DNA of 64,000 nt from Paraphysomonas bandaiensis (lineage: Eukaryota; Protista; Chrysophyceae): assembly GCA_965644295.1 (NCBI GenBank), contig CBFFRP010000215.1, positions 95,532 to 159,531 of the forward strand. Reading direction: 5' to 3'. The notes beneath the pieces are model-generated. The model did no database searches and was not told the DNA's origin. It saw only the letters and a program-made list of their open reading frames with translations. A program made the position numbers and the translations under genes. Shown here one piece after another: positions 13,901-26,642 of the stretch (within the stretch, counting starts at the first letter, position 1; every line of letters begins with the position of its first letter).

Positions 13901-15500
13901 TTCATAAGTGCCTATAATAATGATTTTTTCCACTTTTAAACCTTGTGGTGCAGGTCATCGAGGGGATTGTGCAAACTTACCCGTGGAGTTCGGAAACTGG
14001 ATGAAACTAGTGGCATTAAGGGCCCCCTCCCACATCAAATCGGGTATCTAGAGAATATACAGGAGATATACGCACGAAGAGTAGGTATATATGGGCCTAT
14101 ACCGAAGGTAGGAAGTAATGTTGTTGCAGTGCCAGTGTTGGTATAACGTATGTGTATTTTTTCTTGATTCTGTGTATACTAAATATGTACGATTAGGAGT
14201 TCGGGTGCTTGAGAAATATGCGAGTGCTCTCCATGGGAAATAATAGGATTTCGGGGCATATACCATCCACTTTGGGTAACCTTCGTAATTTACAGCGCAT
14301 TGTTCTCCATCAGAACAAACTATCTGGTCCCGTCCCACCATGTCTCTGGGAGCTTGGATGTATCGTAAATCTTGCCGGAAATTCGGGGTTGCAGCATGGA
14401 CCTGATGTGCCCCCCGAAGAACGTGGGGCACTGGAAGCTATTTATCGATCCACAGATGGAGGACACTGGGCATGCAGCTCAGGATGGTGCGAAGAGGGGG
14501 TACCGGTGTGCAAATGGTATAAAGTAGGTGTGCTTGGTTCTCGAGTGCATAGCATAGTGATGTCTTCGAATAATATGGTGGGCACACTCCCGACAGAAAT
14601 ATCTCGTCTGTCACATTTAAGAATGGTTGAACTCGCTACCATGCCAGGTACGCTATTACTACCGTATTATACATCAGGGGTCATTAATTGAAAGTATTAA
14701 ACATACGTGAAGGTATGCTATGTCTCCTGTTCTGATGGTGTTGCATTTGTAGGTTTATGTGGGCAAATTGGTCCTGCTGTATGCGCTTTGACTGGGCTTA
14801 GACGCCTTTGCATTTGCCGGTGCTGATATTTTGAATAAACTTTGAAAAAATCATAAACCTTTATGTAGGTGCTCCTTGACTGGACGAATTCCCCATGAAA
14901 TTGGTAACTTGACTCATTTGGAAGAGTTGCAGGTAGTTCGACCTGTGAATTATAGTTTTGTGGTTGATATCTATATTCAGCTCTTTGGAAATAATCTAAA
15001 CGGTAGAATTCCTGATTCCGTATCTAATCTAACGTCGCTTCGACTCCTCAGTCTTGGAGAATACACTGGGTGAGACGATTGCCTTTGTAACAGTTGTTAT
15101 CTCATATAAGTGTCTGTATATCAGTGGTAACAGTTTTACCCCTAGCCATATTCCTTCATGTCTGTCAAGTTTGGTGCGTTTGGAAGCACTCTTTATGGCA
15201 AATTGCCACCTTCGTGGACCTCTTCCGGACTGGATCGGAGGACTTGTCGAGTTGCGACAGTTAGATCTCCAGCGCAACAACCTTCGGGGGGTTTTACCTC
15301 ACTCCATAGGAATGTTAACAAACATTCTCTATTTGAATCTTAAAGACAATGCAGATCTTCAGGGGCCACTGCCTATTCAGCAATTAACAAGACTGACGAA
15401 GCTAAACCGACTGTCGCTGGTGCATTGTCGGTTCACGGTGTCAGAGGAAGAGGCTGCGGAACTGCAGACCAGGCTCCCAAGATGCCGACTTTGGATTTGA
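7909..15500 (+). CDS. NLR-like multidomain protein: pseudokinase - TPR-like - WD40-like - NACHT/STAND NTPase - LRR, ~2,236 aa, 12 exons
   Basis: Exons 7909-7971, 8038-8815, 8986-11056, 11100-13326, 13382-13486, 13599-13864, 13954-14107, 14197-14647, 14753-14819, 14869-14932, 14981-15069, 15125-15500. All introns are GT-AG with matching phases; total 6,711 nt. Kinase remnants HLCICPEN, YVAPE, ADVYSL, PDLRPS. WD-like LISGDSQGTLCLW. Walker A VHGAPFSGKS, Walker B AIFVDGLD, winged-helix-like VLQVLCAAFESPTVQYIA. C-terminal LxxLxLxxNxLxGxIP LRRs. The 5' start is uncertain. Confidence 0.8.
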
Positions 15501-15947
15501 ATGAATGATATTGCGTGAAAGTCATGTATTGCGGTTGTACATTTTTCGGTGTAATATCCATGATATCGTTGATTTGAACTCGAAAATATTTTGTAATAAT
15601 ATTTCTACTGATACAATGCTTGATTTCGAAATTTTGCTTTAATATTATTTTTCTGAAATAAGGAAATTGCAACCGTTGCAGAATATTCGGTTATGATTAT
15701 CTCTTCTAATACTGCAATGATTCCATTAATAATAAAAACTCAAATTGAATTTCAAAACTTAGCTTCCTTAATGCTTTGTTACATTTGCTTGATACTGGAT
15801 ACCGTGTACGTATTATGATATCGTACCTATACATCACACCAGAATAACTGACTTATAGTCACCCGGCTGATTACCTGGACAGTATATTGTATATTGTATA
15901 TTCTTGATTTTTGAAACACTTGAAGGTACAGTAAGATTACATAATTC

Positions 15948-16010
15948 CTAAAATTTACGTTTGATGTTCTAGAAAGTATCGTTTCAGGCCCTCTCAAACG
16001 TAAGTTTTAG
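15948..16010. repeat. Short inverted repeat (17-bp arms, 1 mismatch)
   Basis: CTAAAATTTACGTTTGA ... TCAAACGTAAGTTTTAG in the intergenic region between two convergent genes; function unknown. Confidence 0.5.
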
Positions 16011-16595
16011 CAGCAAATACTTTAGCGTTTGACAAGACGGATTCATATTTTTCGGGACAACTTTTAGGAACACATAGAATGGACCGCTATCTGAATATCT
16101 GCAAAACCGAGTTTCTCATCATAAATGTTTTTTCAATGGCAAGCATCTTAATACATGCATACAACACTACACAGCTACCTGTGTTATAAACGAGACCCTC
16201 AGTAAATATATCAAGAATAATATATAGTTAGTGCTTTCCAAAGCTGTCACATTAAGGTACAGTGATAGCTACGTTTCTTGTTCGGTGATGAGTTCAGTCA
16301 TATTGAGTATGATAAAGATGCAATAAATTACATTCATTTTCTTAACTATATTTGCAATTGCAACTGTGGTAATAGAGTGTGACTAAGATCATTGATACCT
16401 GAAATTTATGTCGTTAACGCAATATTGTAGTTATCACTAGCAATAATCAATTATCTTTTCTGACGGCACTTACACGATTCAAGATAAAATAGGATGAAAT
16501 CAAGTCGTTTTCCCCATAATAATTCACAAAATGAATACTTCAATAGTATAAATAATATACATATATAAAAAACTTCAAGAGAATTGAACTAAATA

Positions 16596-18625
16596 CTATA
16601 TTGAATCACCGTTATGTGCATTCGCCCTGAGAGTCGTGTGATGCAACACCGTATCATAAAATGTTTTGAACTGTTGAAAATCAATTCGACCAGACTTCTC
16701 AGTGTCCATGGCTTCAAAGAGTGCCTCTATGTCCGGTATGCTCGTTTTATTCTCGGATATACCGAGGACATCGCGTGGCGCAGCTTCGACGGGGCTAGCC
16801 TGGAGTAGGCATGCAACAACCATTTTAAGCTCCTCCAAGTCAATATAGCCCGTATCGTTTATATCTATTGAAAGTCAAGACATCAGTAAATAAATCAAGT
16901 ATGGATATAGCAACTACCAAATATTTGAAAATACAGTCTCGCATTTGAGTCTTCCAGTGGGTCACAAGTGATTGGCTTGAAAGCTAGCATTGCAAGCAAA
17001 AACTCTTTTATATTTATTGTACCGGAGTTGCCGATATCAAATATAGTAAACACAGCAGGATTGGCTAGTTCAGGTAGTCCGCACTGTAGAAGAATTTCCA
17101 CAAATGTCGCATAGTTAATTTCACCCTCGGCCGTGTCCATGTCTTCATGGATGCCATTCCGCTCGCTTTTACTCTTCTCACCTAGCCCACGTCGTACCTG
17201 CTCGTGCTTTCCTACATTAGTCCGCACTTCTTCTTGGGACCACCTGCGTGAGAATAAGTTCCCTTTTCTGGCTTCGCGTATGTTGCTGTGACTATTCTTT
17301 GCAGGGTGGTGGGGTGATGACTTCGAGTGAAAAGGTGTCGGAGAAGACATCTGGGGGCGAGACACGGTCTTTACGATCATTTGCTTCAAATTATGAAGCT
17401 TAAAATTGAATGACTGTTCGACATTTACATCACCATCTAAGCTACTATCCCCTCGCTCACGCAAAAAAGGCAAAACTTTGTGCAGATTTTCTCGTCTGTT
17501 CAGGTTGTCCGATGCGATTTTGTGGTCCAAGAAAAATGTTCGTAGCTTTTGACGCAAAGCCAGCTGCTTTATTCTTGTTACGTATTCCTCGCCAAGATCA
17601 TCATCAGGTGCTTGATCCACCAACCAAGGATGATGTAGAATTTCATCTATTGTGGCTCTTTGGGATGGATCTTTCGTCAGAATGCGGCGCACCAAGTCCT
17701 TTGCGGCATCAGATATATTGTCCCACCCAATGCCTGTCATGTCAAAGTATGTGCCATGAGTAATCTGATGCATGGCACTGGGATCATATGGTGCCAGTCC
17801 GCTCAGCATGCTGTACAGCGTGCAACCAGCCTGCCATATGTCCGTTTTCTCGCTGTATATCGATGAAATTATTGACTCAGGTGCAAAACAGCCATTAGTT
17901 CCCTTAAGGGTGTAGCACAAGTGTTCAGATGAACCTTCCGGTAATTGCACCATGAGACCAAAATCAATAAACTTGACAGGAGAATCTTCTTCATACCCCA
18001 CGAGCATTATGTTTTCTAATTTGATATCACGGTGGATACATCGGCGCTTGTGTAGACATTCCATTGCACGAATGACTCTTTTGAACATTTTAGCCAGATA
18101 ACTCTCTGACACACACTTCCGGTTATATATCCTGTCAGACAGCTCGCCACCCTCTACCAGCTCCATCACTATCACCGGATGAGGCTCCTTGAAGTGTTTC
18201 CCATCTATGTATCCCTCAGACGTGTCCATGAACACCCCATAGAGCTGTACAATCCCATCTGTACCAGCAAGTAAGCTCATAACTTGTATTTCATTGATAA
18301 TATCGTTCTCTGTGGGGGTCTGTAGTGTATATCCGAAGAACTTCAGAGCCACTCGATTACCAGTCGATCGACACATACCCGAGTAGACCTTCCCCATCCC
18401 TCCCTCCTGCAGATAACTCTTAATGATATAATCATCGGGGTCTAGAAATATCACTGTGTTCTGTAGCTGATCGTATATAGAGGGTGTGTGTGTGTCTGTG
18501 TGTGTGGAGAGAGCCCCTATAGAGCCCTCTGTGTGTTGGGGTGTATTGAGAGGGGTTGTATGGATATCTGTGTGATGAGGAGAGGATGGAGGGGTAGGAT
18601 TACTATGTGAGGTTGTGCAACCCAT
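16596..18625 (-). CDS. Calcium-dependent protein kinase-like (CAMK-type kinase plus EF-hands, N-terminal MGC acylation motif)
   Basis: Kinase motifs EGGMGKV, VALK, HRDIKLEN, DFG, GTNGCFAPE, DIWQAG. EF-hand loops DIGNSGTINIKE, DINDTGYIDLEE, DTEKSGRIDFQQ. Intron 16865-16917 joins ORFs 16895-18625 and 16596-16838. Confidence 0.9.
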
Positions 18626-19937
18626 GGGTCTCTATGAGTATATGCTCATGAAGCGATAGATGCCTTCTAGAGAACTCACTGACACTGTCTCTCTTCTATA
18701 TATAGCTACATATGGAATTATTTTTACAATTGTAATTAATATTTTTACAAGATATAAAGTAGGAGATATGGTGGATAATAGAAGGTAATTTTACAATTAC
18801 ATTTTTTTCATCAGGACATTTTACTTACATATGGAATATGTGGTTCGTATAGGATACATGGATAGATGCTTCTATTTTAGCGATTATTCAACTTTACTGA
18901 TTTTGATCCTCTGAAAATCCCATATTTTGACATGTGAAAAATTTACATACCCATGCCTGTAGATATCCCATTATACGTACGACAGCAACAGCAGTGGAGG
19001 GCTGTATAACACATACACTGTATACCATATCTATACATAGGGTTGTGCAAGTGATGTCGACCGCACACAGTCCCAACCCATACATACATATGTGCACACC
19101 TACATACATAACTAGAGTGTGATAACTGCAACTCGACCAAACGATACCCCTCAAATTTAGATATCAATCACGTTCTATACATCTCCTCTATACTTACTAT
19201 ATTTCACCACTATACAGTGGCGATAACCTCTTAATTAAGGACTGGAGCAGGCGATCTCACTGGCTGATATGTACGAGTAGAGCACTTGGAGAGATATACA
19301 ATGACCGAGACTGTATCTTCCCCCCGGAAAAACTCCATCGCCACCCACAGCTTTTTAGGTACTACTGTGTCACATTCCTTTATCGCTGTTATTCATTAGC
19401 TCCAATCAGATACTTTAGCGGAAATAGCATGCCGCAAGAGTCCTCTTCGCTCTGTTGATTCTACGTCTGATGGCAACTCCACCGCTCAATCACATGAGCT
19501 CCCTGTCCGGGTAATTTTATGAATATTTGTTCGTTATGAATGCGCTAACTTTACTGCTATGTGTGAAGCGCCCACGAGCTAACTCTGAGCCATGGATAAG
19601 AAACAACTTTTCTGGTATCAATGCACTGACAATGAGCACATTACCAATAATCAAAAAGGATAGCCCAACATCCATCGCGTTACCACAAATGTTGGAAAAA
19701 TATTCATCTATATACAATAAAAATGGGCGGATTGGGATATATACCAGAGAGGTATGCTCTCCCTGTCTCTCTGTGTACCTATAAATATGTGTAAACTGTG
19801 TACAGGAAAGGGATAATATCATTACACGATTTCACCAAAAGAGAAAGCGGCGCGTTTGGAAGAAAAAGATTCGATATCACTGTCGCAAAAATCTTGCGGA
19901 CAGTCGCGTTCGTGTAAAGGGGAGATTTGTCAAGAGT

Positions 19938-20249
19938 ATGAAGCTGGAGGATATAGCTGAGGAGAGTGAGCCGCAGGATGAAGGAACAACTAATAGGATG
20001 AATGCTCTGCTGATGGCATCACTTCAATCAGAGAATGAAAAGGAGAAAGGATCTGTAGATGCTACTGATACGGATCAGAAGCCATCATCTGAGGGCAGTG
20101 CTGATACGGATACACTCACCGCCCAGGATAAGCACAGCGATGATGAGGGTGAGGATGAAGTGGACGACGATGAATACGATGACAGTGTGATGCCTTCAAT
20201 TCCTGCGCAGCCTCGTAAGCGCATGCGAAGACACAGCATTGCTTATTGA
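19938..20249 (+). CDS. Small acidic, probably disordered protein (103 aa) ending in a basic RKRMRRHSIAY motif
   Basis: ATG-to-stop ORF with higher GC and coding-like D/E-rich composition compared with its flanks; no family recognised. Confidence 0.5.
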   Translation: MKLEDIAEESEPQDEGTTNRMNALLMASLQSENEKEKGSVDATDTDQKPSSEGSADTDTLTAQDKHSDDEGEDEVDDDEYDDSVMPSIPAQPRKRMRRHSIAY

Positions 20250-21974
20250 CCTCTAGTCTCCCAATTTGTACATTATATTCTCGGCTATTTAGCTTGAACT
20301 GTTTGTATAATGACTGTATGTGTACATTGAGGTAGAATATGGTACCGTTCAGTTAGATCTAATATATCTGCTTTTGTTTAATATTCACGATGCTGCTGTG
20401 TGAATTTCTTGTAGATTTAGTAGTTTTGTTTTATTTTTAGGGCGTAAGTTCATATTGAATGAAGTCAAAAATTCATACGTAAAGTGTCCCTTATAAACAT
20501 GAAACGTGAACATTGTAGTATACTCACCAAACACTTGTCTCGAAATATGCCAAATATTATTTCACGAAAAAGTATTCACTATGAGACTCTTCTGTATACC
20601 TCAATACATCTTGTTTCATTACACTAATGACGTAAATTCATTTTGGCTTCTTGCACTAGGTACTAGACTAAGACATCTACCATCAAAAACACAAACAGAA
20701 TGCAATCTGTAAATTCCTGTGCTTTTGTAGTTGATAATTAGTAGTGGAGTGTATAAGCTCAAGTGTAGAACAGATAAGATAAAGAATCATGGGATACCTT
20801 ATCCGGAACCGAACCCTGCTGGTGTAGTAATTTCGTATTCGACACGGTGACTTATTTATATTGTTTGTCAAAAAGTGTGTAGTTCTCATATTTTCCATGA
20901 GATTTTGGGTACTTTCAAAAGTAGTGAAATGGCTTTATGAGAACTGAGCGGAATGACGTATCTATGAATGTGGCAGCGCCATTCGGCCCTAGCGAAATTC
21001 TTTCATGATTTGCTCCGCACAATACGATACCGAACCGTATTACAATGACAAGAAGGAACGAATTTTTCCATGTGTGTATATGTTATCTATAGTTAACAAT
21101 ATATTAGGAATGAAAGATATCTATAAGCAGTACAGCTTGATATTATCACAGTATAAAATTACAAAATTCATAATGAAACGTCATGTCAGAATAAAATATA
21201 TCTAAATTGAAAAGAGATACTGCCATTGCAAATATTTTATATTATACTAAAATATTCTTGATTGGAAGTTTACGATCGTTATCGTGCTATAACTTATGCG
21301 TTCTGACTCAAGGATGTTTTGTATAGTGAAGCAGGATTCAACGAGCATGAAGAATAAAAGTACTTCAGTACACGAGTGTATGGAGCGGTATGATCCTGAC
21401 TAGTGCATGTTATATTGATCATGCATCTAGTCGCGGTATTGAGCTTTGCTTTCAATGGTTACAACTTGACCTGATGTGCTGTATATATACAGCCCCCTGC
21501 AACACATGACAAAGACTCAAACAACAGGAATGCTACACTGATAACTAGTAACAGAAGCAAAGTGAATTATATCCTTTATACTGTCAATGTGATGTGCAGC
21601 TACTTCTAACACGCTGTCATGCTATGCACTTGATGGATATGCCAGTGGTTGGATATGCATGATATCCAGTCGACAGCAGCAGATATACATACATGTATAC
21701 TGTATATACACTGCTGTATACTATGAAGTGAAAGTTAAGTTGAAAGAGTATTATGTTATCCAATGAGAGGATAGTATTCTGGAATGTTTGGATGATAATA
21801 ATCAGTACGTGAATTAGACACACCACCTCAGATGCAGCTCTATCATCATGTACATACATACATCCATATGAACATACAGACATACAGGCATATAGACTAT
21901 GATTCACTGTATCATTATCTCACTAAACCCATTGATGTGTCTATAATCCAGATACTTCAACATAACTGTTTCAG

Positions 21975-22820
21975 GGAATGAATCCAGCAGACCGCATTAA
22001 GAAGATGGATATCTTCATCATGCAGATAGGGCTGGTAGGTGCTGTATACGTATATATATAGTCACATAGACAACAGGCTCTTGCTGTTATACGTAAACAC
22101 GGCTCTGTAGAAGATCGATCATACCATACCCCCTCAGAGAGTATAGACGTCACGAGACTCTGCAGTGATATCGCCCGACAGCCCACAGCCACTGCACTGT
22201 CATCAGCGCATACACTCATACGAGTCATATCTTATGCTGATCTCACACAAATATACGATTTGAGTTGTGTGAAGACATTTGTGTCCAGTATATGCGAAAT
22301 GGACGACGTATCGTATGCAGCATTTACTCTAGAGTATTCCTCGTTCATTGTTGATCATTTATATTGCCAAAATGTATTCTTCTTCGACAGAATAATGCGC
22401 TCTCTCTATTTGCTTCCCTCTCACCCACTGAGCTCCGAGAAACTGCGCAATATGCCCATCGAGGTTTTGATTGGAGCCATTGCATTGGTCTGCCAGAGTG
22501 GGCTCCCTGTTCAGCCTCGTGTGTACGAACAACTTGCAAAGGTGTGTGTCGTGCTGAAGTGTGCATGCGATGCATATGTGCATGGAGATGGAGAGAAGAC
22601 AGTTGAGAGTAGACGAGTGAGAGTCATGACACAACTAGGTATTGCAAATTACAAGTGTATGGTTGTTTTCCGTGGTAATATTCTTGTCATATGAGTCAGC
22701 TTCGGTGATTGATATCTCTACCTCACTTCCCCTTGTCAGAGCATGCTTGATGGACATAATCGCAGGAGTAGTTGAATAATACTTCTTACGCGAGTTTCTA
22801 CACTGTGTTCTGTTGGGTAT
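21975..22820 (+). pseudogene. Probable decayed gene fragment
   Basis: Coding-like frame from about 21975 (MNPADRIKKMDIF...) has an in-frame TAG near 22060 and continues into ORF 22260-22694. An intron-like GT..AG follows at about 22640-22699, then further stops. Confidence 0.35.
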
Positions 22821-23220
22821 ATACGTCTTATACGTCTAATTTTTCGATTTATAGTGATATGCTTTGAATTGTCGTCTAAATAAAGTTGTGAGGCACTAAT
22901 AAATCGTTAAATGAGCTTCAGACCAGAGTAAATATCGACCCACTTTGAAGGCATAGTCCAGTGTATTTCTTGTGTGTATCGCCAAGTAAGCTCAAGCTAG
23001 ATTTTCACAATACTTGCGTGAGCTCTACATATTCCGAGAAACCAGCAAACATGGGAGAAAGCAAACTATATTGTTAGTCGAGATGGTTGAGGGAGGGCAT
23101 AGGCAGGTAGCCATCTTGTACGTACTGACCTTACGTTTAATGTGTACTGGCGGATCTATACGGCTATACTGTCGAAATAAGGCTAATATCTCTAATCTTT
23201 AACGTTTTGAATGTTCGAAC

Positions 23221-23480
23221 ATATATGCTTCTCTAAGATAAAACATAATACTATACATTAAATACAATGTAGGAAACTGTAATACTCTATAGCTCTAACT
23301 GTGAAAATAACGTATCATGATGTTTAAGATACGGAATTTATTCAGTGATCAGTGGTTGACGTGAAAGTAATAGAATATTATGTTGTTGATATGTTTACAT
23401 AACAACGCACAATTGCCTATGCAATAATAATCTATCTAGTCATAACTTTCCTTTAATGATCTATACCAACAAAAAATGGT
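23221..23480 (+). repeat. Dispersed repeat, copy 1 (paralogous to 46113-46412)
   Basis: Shared collinear blocks TTCTCTAAGATA, TTAAATACAATGT, TAACTGTGAAA, AAGATACGGAA, CAGTGGTTGAC, ATGTTGTTGA, CACAATTG, TAATCTATCTAGT, AAAATGGT in the same orientation. Confidence 0.8.
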
Positions 23481-23988
23481 AGAGGAAAATTATTTGTAGC
23501 TAATATTGAAGAGCTACAATTACGTGAGCAACAAGTATCAGAAGCTCAGCGTTTGAGGTCTGTTAGTCTGTTATATATACACATTACTGTAGTGAATGTC
23601 TGATTATTTAGCAATAGGCGTTGAGACCTTGCATATTACTGTATATAGTATTCTAATATTATGTATATTTATTATATAATAGAGCTCAACGTCGAGCGGA
23701 ATCAGATGACGAAGATAGTGATGATGTGGATATGGGAGAGAATATTGACGAATTAGTTGAATTCGAGAGAGCCACACGATTAGAAGCCAAAAAGGTAATA
23801 CACTCATTAGTATGACATTCTATATTTTATATGAAAGTTTTATATGTACTGTATATTACACTGTTATAGATATGCCTAATATTTTGTCATGTTTGGTACA
23901 GCAAGCAGAGGAGGAGCCAGTAGTTAGCCAATATCACAGCAGTGAAATATACGTTTACTCTATAACACTATTCGACATTCCGCAGTAA
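23463..23988 (+). pseudogene. Truncated intron-containing gene fragment, weakly PDAP1/PP28-like N-terminus, apparent ATG>ATA start loss
   Basis: Spliced frame (I)PTKNGRGKLFVANIEELQLREQQVSEAQRLR/AQRRAESDDEDSDDVD...EAKK/QAEEEP with two phase-consistent GT-AG introns, then rapid decay to a stop. The family call is from memory and weak. Confidence 0.4.
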
Positions 23989-24199
23989 ATATTATTAGTC
24001 TACTTCTCTAAACAAATACATCGTTCCGTAGAAGACATCGATTGACATACTGAATATGATTATAATTGAATTTTTAAACTTACAAATGAACGGGCAATTT
24101 GTTACATCGCACGACAAGCCTACAAATTCCCACTGAACACTATGATAACGTTAAAACACGAAGGAAAGAGCCTAATAAACGGGATCCATCTTCATTTTT

Positions 24200-26121
24200 C
24201 TATACGCAATGTTTTAAAGATTCTTGCGCGAAGTACTTAACATCTTTATCCTTGTCGTTCTCCAATTCCGACAGCACTGGCTTAATCTGCGCAATAACTG
24301 CAGCACTAGTTTCGCCGGTGATGCGTTTGCAGGCCTCCCCGAGAATGATCGCCACCGCCAAGCGCACATTCGCCACCACATCAGATGCTGCACCGAGAAG
24401 GAGGCCTACTATCTGGCCCTGAAATCGTTCTGAGAGATCCGCAGCGAGTAGGCTGCGAAGAGCCGTGAGCATGGTAAGACGGAAAAGGTACTCCTCCTCG
24501 GCCATGCTATTGACAGTTGGGAATATTTTTTCGAATACCCAAGCAGCAGTCCCAGCCTCACACATTTGAGGAAGAGTCGTAGCAGTCGCTAGGCGCACTT
24601 CCGCTACACCATCCTTGAATGTGTCAAGGAAGGGAGCTCGAAAGTTATCATCAAAGAATTCGGTGCCCATGTGTTTTATCACCGAAGGCATCGCTAGAGT
24701 GATCTGGCGTCTCACACGCCAGTTTTCGTCACTGTAGAGGTTCTTGATGCAAGGTGTTAGACGCTGAAAGAGAGTTGGTACCTCAGAAGCGAGGACTCCA
24801 ACTTTAAGAAGAACTCTGAGTTTCACAGATGGATCCTCGTCCTCCAAGCATTTTACCACGATGTCACTCATATGTTGTGCTACCGCTTCGGGGCCGACCT
24901 TGGCTGCAACATCCACACACATGTCCGCCAGAGCCTTTCTGACGGCTACGCAAACATAATATCAGCACAATGTGCCGCACAGATGAATTACATACCTGGA
25001 GTTGCATCCTGCGACAACTGAACTGCAGTTGGGACAACTTCTGTAAGGAATGCATCGGCTCCGACAATTTCAATGAAAGCCAGTGCAGATTCACAGGCTA
25101 GAGAACGCACATCCGCTTCCGAATCCTGCAAGAGATGCACAAAGCTCGGGAATATTTCAGCTGTAACGTATTCAGCTGGGAAACATGAGGCAAACACACC
25201 GTACTCATTAACGATGGCGAGTCGAACCTTCCACGAGTTATCATCAACAGCGGCTTTCACAAGTGGTCCAACCTCTCCTACTACAGGAGCCATTACATTA
25301 CTCTCTGTTAGGGTCTTGCAGTAGCTAACGTAGCTCTGCACGGCAAGGATGCGTACAGTCTGATGCTCATCAGGGCTGCTTAAACTCTTTAGGAGTTCCA
25401 AGAACTCGGCTGACTGCGCGCTGGGCTCAGCCAGCTTCACCACCTTAGGGAAGGCAAGTGCAGCAGCTCGGCGCACAATTGCCATATCATCACGGCAGAG
25501 ACCAAAATATATGTCTTGCACAGCAGCCCGGTCCCCCGAATTTACAGCAACGCGATAGATCTCGTCAATCATTTGACAGGCCGATACACGTGGGTAAAAC
25601 ACCTCCCCTGCCTCCTCACCACATAGACGCTTAAGCATACTTATAAACGCTTGGGCACTAGTACTATGTGCATTTGGATCTATCTGGGCCAGTATTCTAC
25701 ATGCAGAGGCAGAGGCGGCTGATCGCACAACCGTTTCTTCTATACAACACAGTGCCTCGATGATAGGGACTACCAAATGAGCATATTCTGGGCCACCAAT
25801 AAACGAAAGTATATCGCCAATCTTTCTGCCCAAGGCAAGGATCACTTGGTCCATATCCATTAACTTTGCTGTAGTACAAAAACATTATGTCTGAGAGAGG
25901 GTATATGAGCATACATACTCTGTAAATAAGGCAGCATGTCGCTTCGAACTTTCTCCGGAGTCATGAGGGCTGCCACTAGACATAAATTAGACATAGCTTC
26001 AGTGCGTATAACAATTTCGGCATGTGAGGTTTCTTGCTTGAAGAACTCGAATGTGGACTGGTCGCCTATATATCAATGAATAAGCCACACACTCGAGTCA
26101 TATATCAGCCCACGTACCCAT
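24200..26121 (-). CDS. PPP2R1A: Protein phosphatase 2A scaffold (A/PR65) subunit, HEAT repeats
   Basis: Spliced N-terminus MGDQSTFEFFKQETSHAEIVIRTEAM...RSDMLPYL, then IGGPEYAH, EETVVR, DDMAIVRRAAA, DNSWKVR, LLQDSEADVR, NWRVR, YLFRLT, VANVR, DKDKDVKYFA. Introns 26066-26117, ~25869-25918 and 24946-24995. Confidence 0.9.
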
Positions 26122-26642
26122 ACTAAATAGATTATTATTGCTTTCCAAAGCGTAATATTATTGAATAGAAAGTTTCTCTGCAACCTTCACAGTCTGGAGT
26201 CCAAGTGAGAGCAATGAGACAGATAGACCGATCGCTGGAGAGGTGGTTAAGTTATACCTGCATATGTCATCTCTACGGACTAGATCTGCATACACATATA
26301 CACAACTCACACAAAAAAAAAACATATCGACTGAACCTGAAAAATAGTATCTCAAAGGGTCGGCAAACGGTTTCACACCGAACCATATATAGTACAGCTC
26401 ATGATATGTAGTACTGCTGTATGTCTGTGTACTGCTCTACATACAGAAGTAGGTACGTATATACATATACCTCTAGGTACGTATTCATCGTACCTTTTTT
26501 CTATCTCAAACTGAAAAGTGTCGCCTGAAGATATAGCGTTTACTTGGCTGGCAAAACGAAACATAGTATCAGTAAGAGGAGGAGAGCAGGATAAGGCCAG
26601 CAAATTAATTACCTATTAAGGTTGCATTAAATTGGCTGTATT

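Noticed and set aside
7234-16270. TTAAGGTAC(A)GTGATAG at about 7235 and 16252 flanking the NLR-like gene, as possible TTAA-type transposon ends
   Set aside because: The two motifs are short and in direct rather than inverted orientation, and no matching opposite terminus was found.
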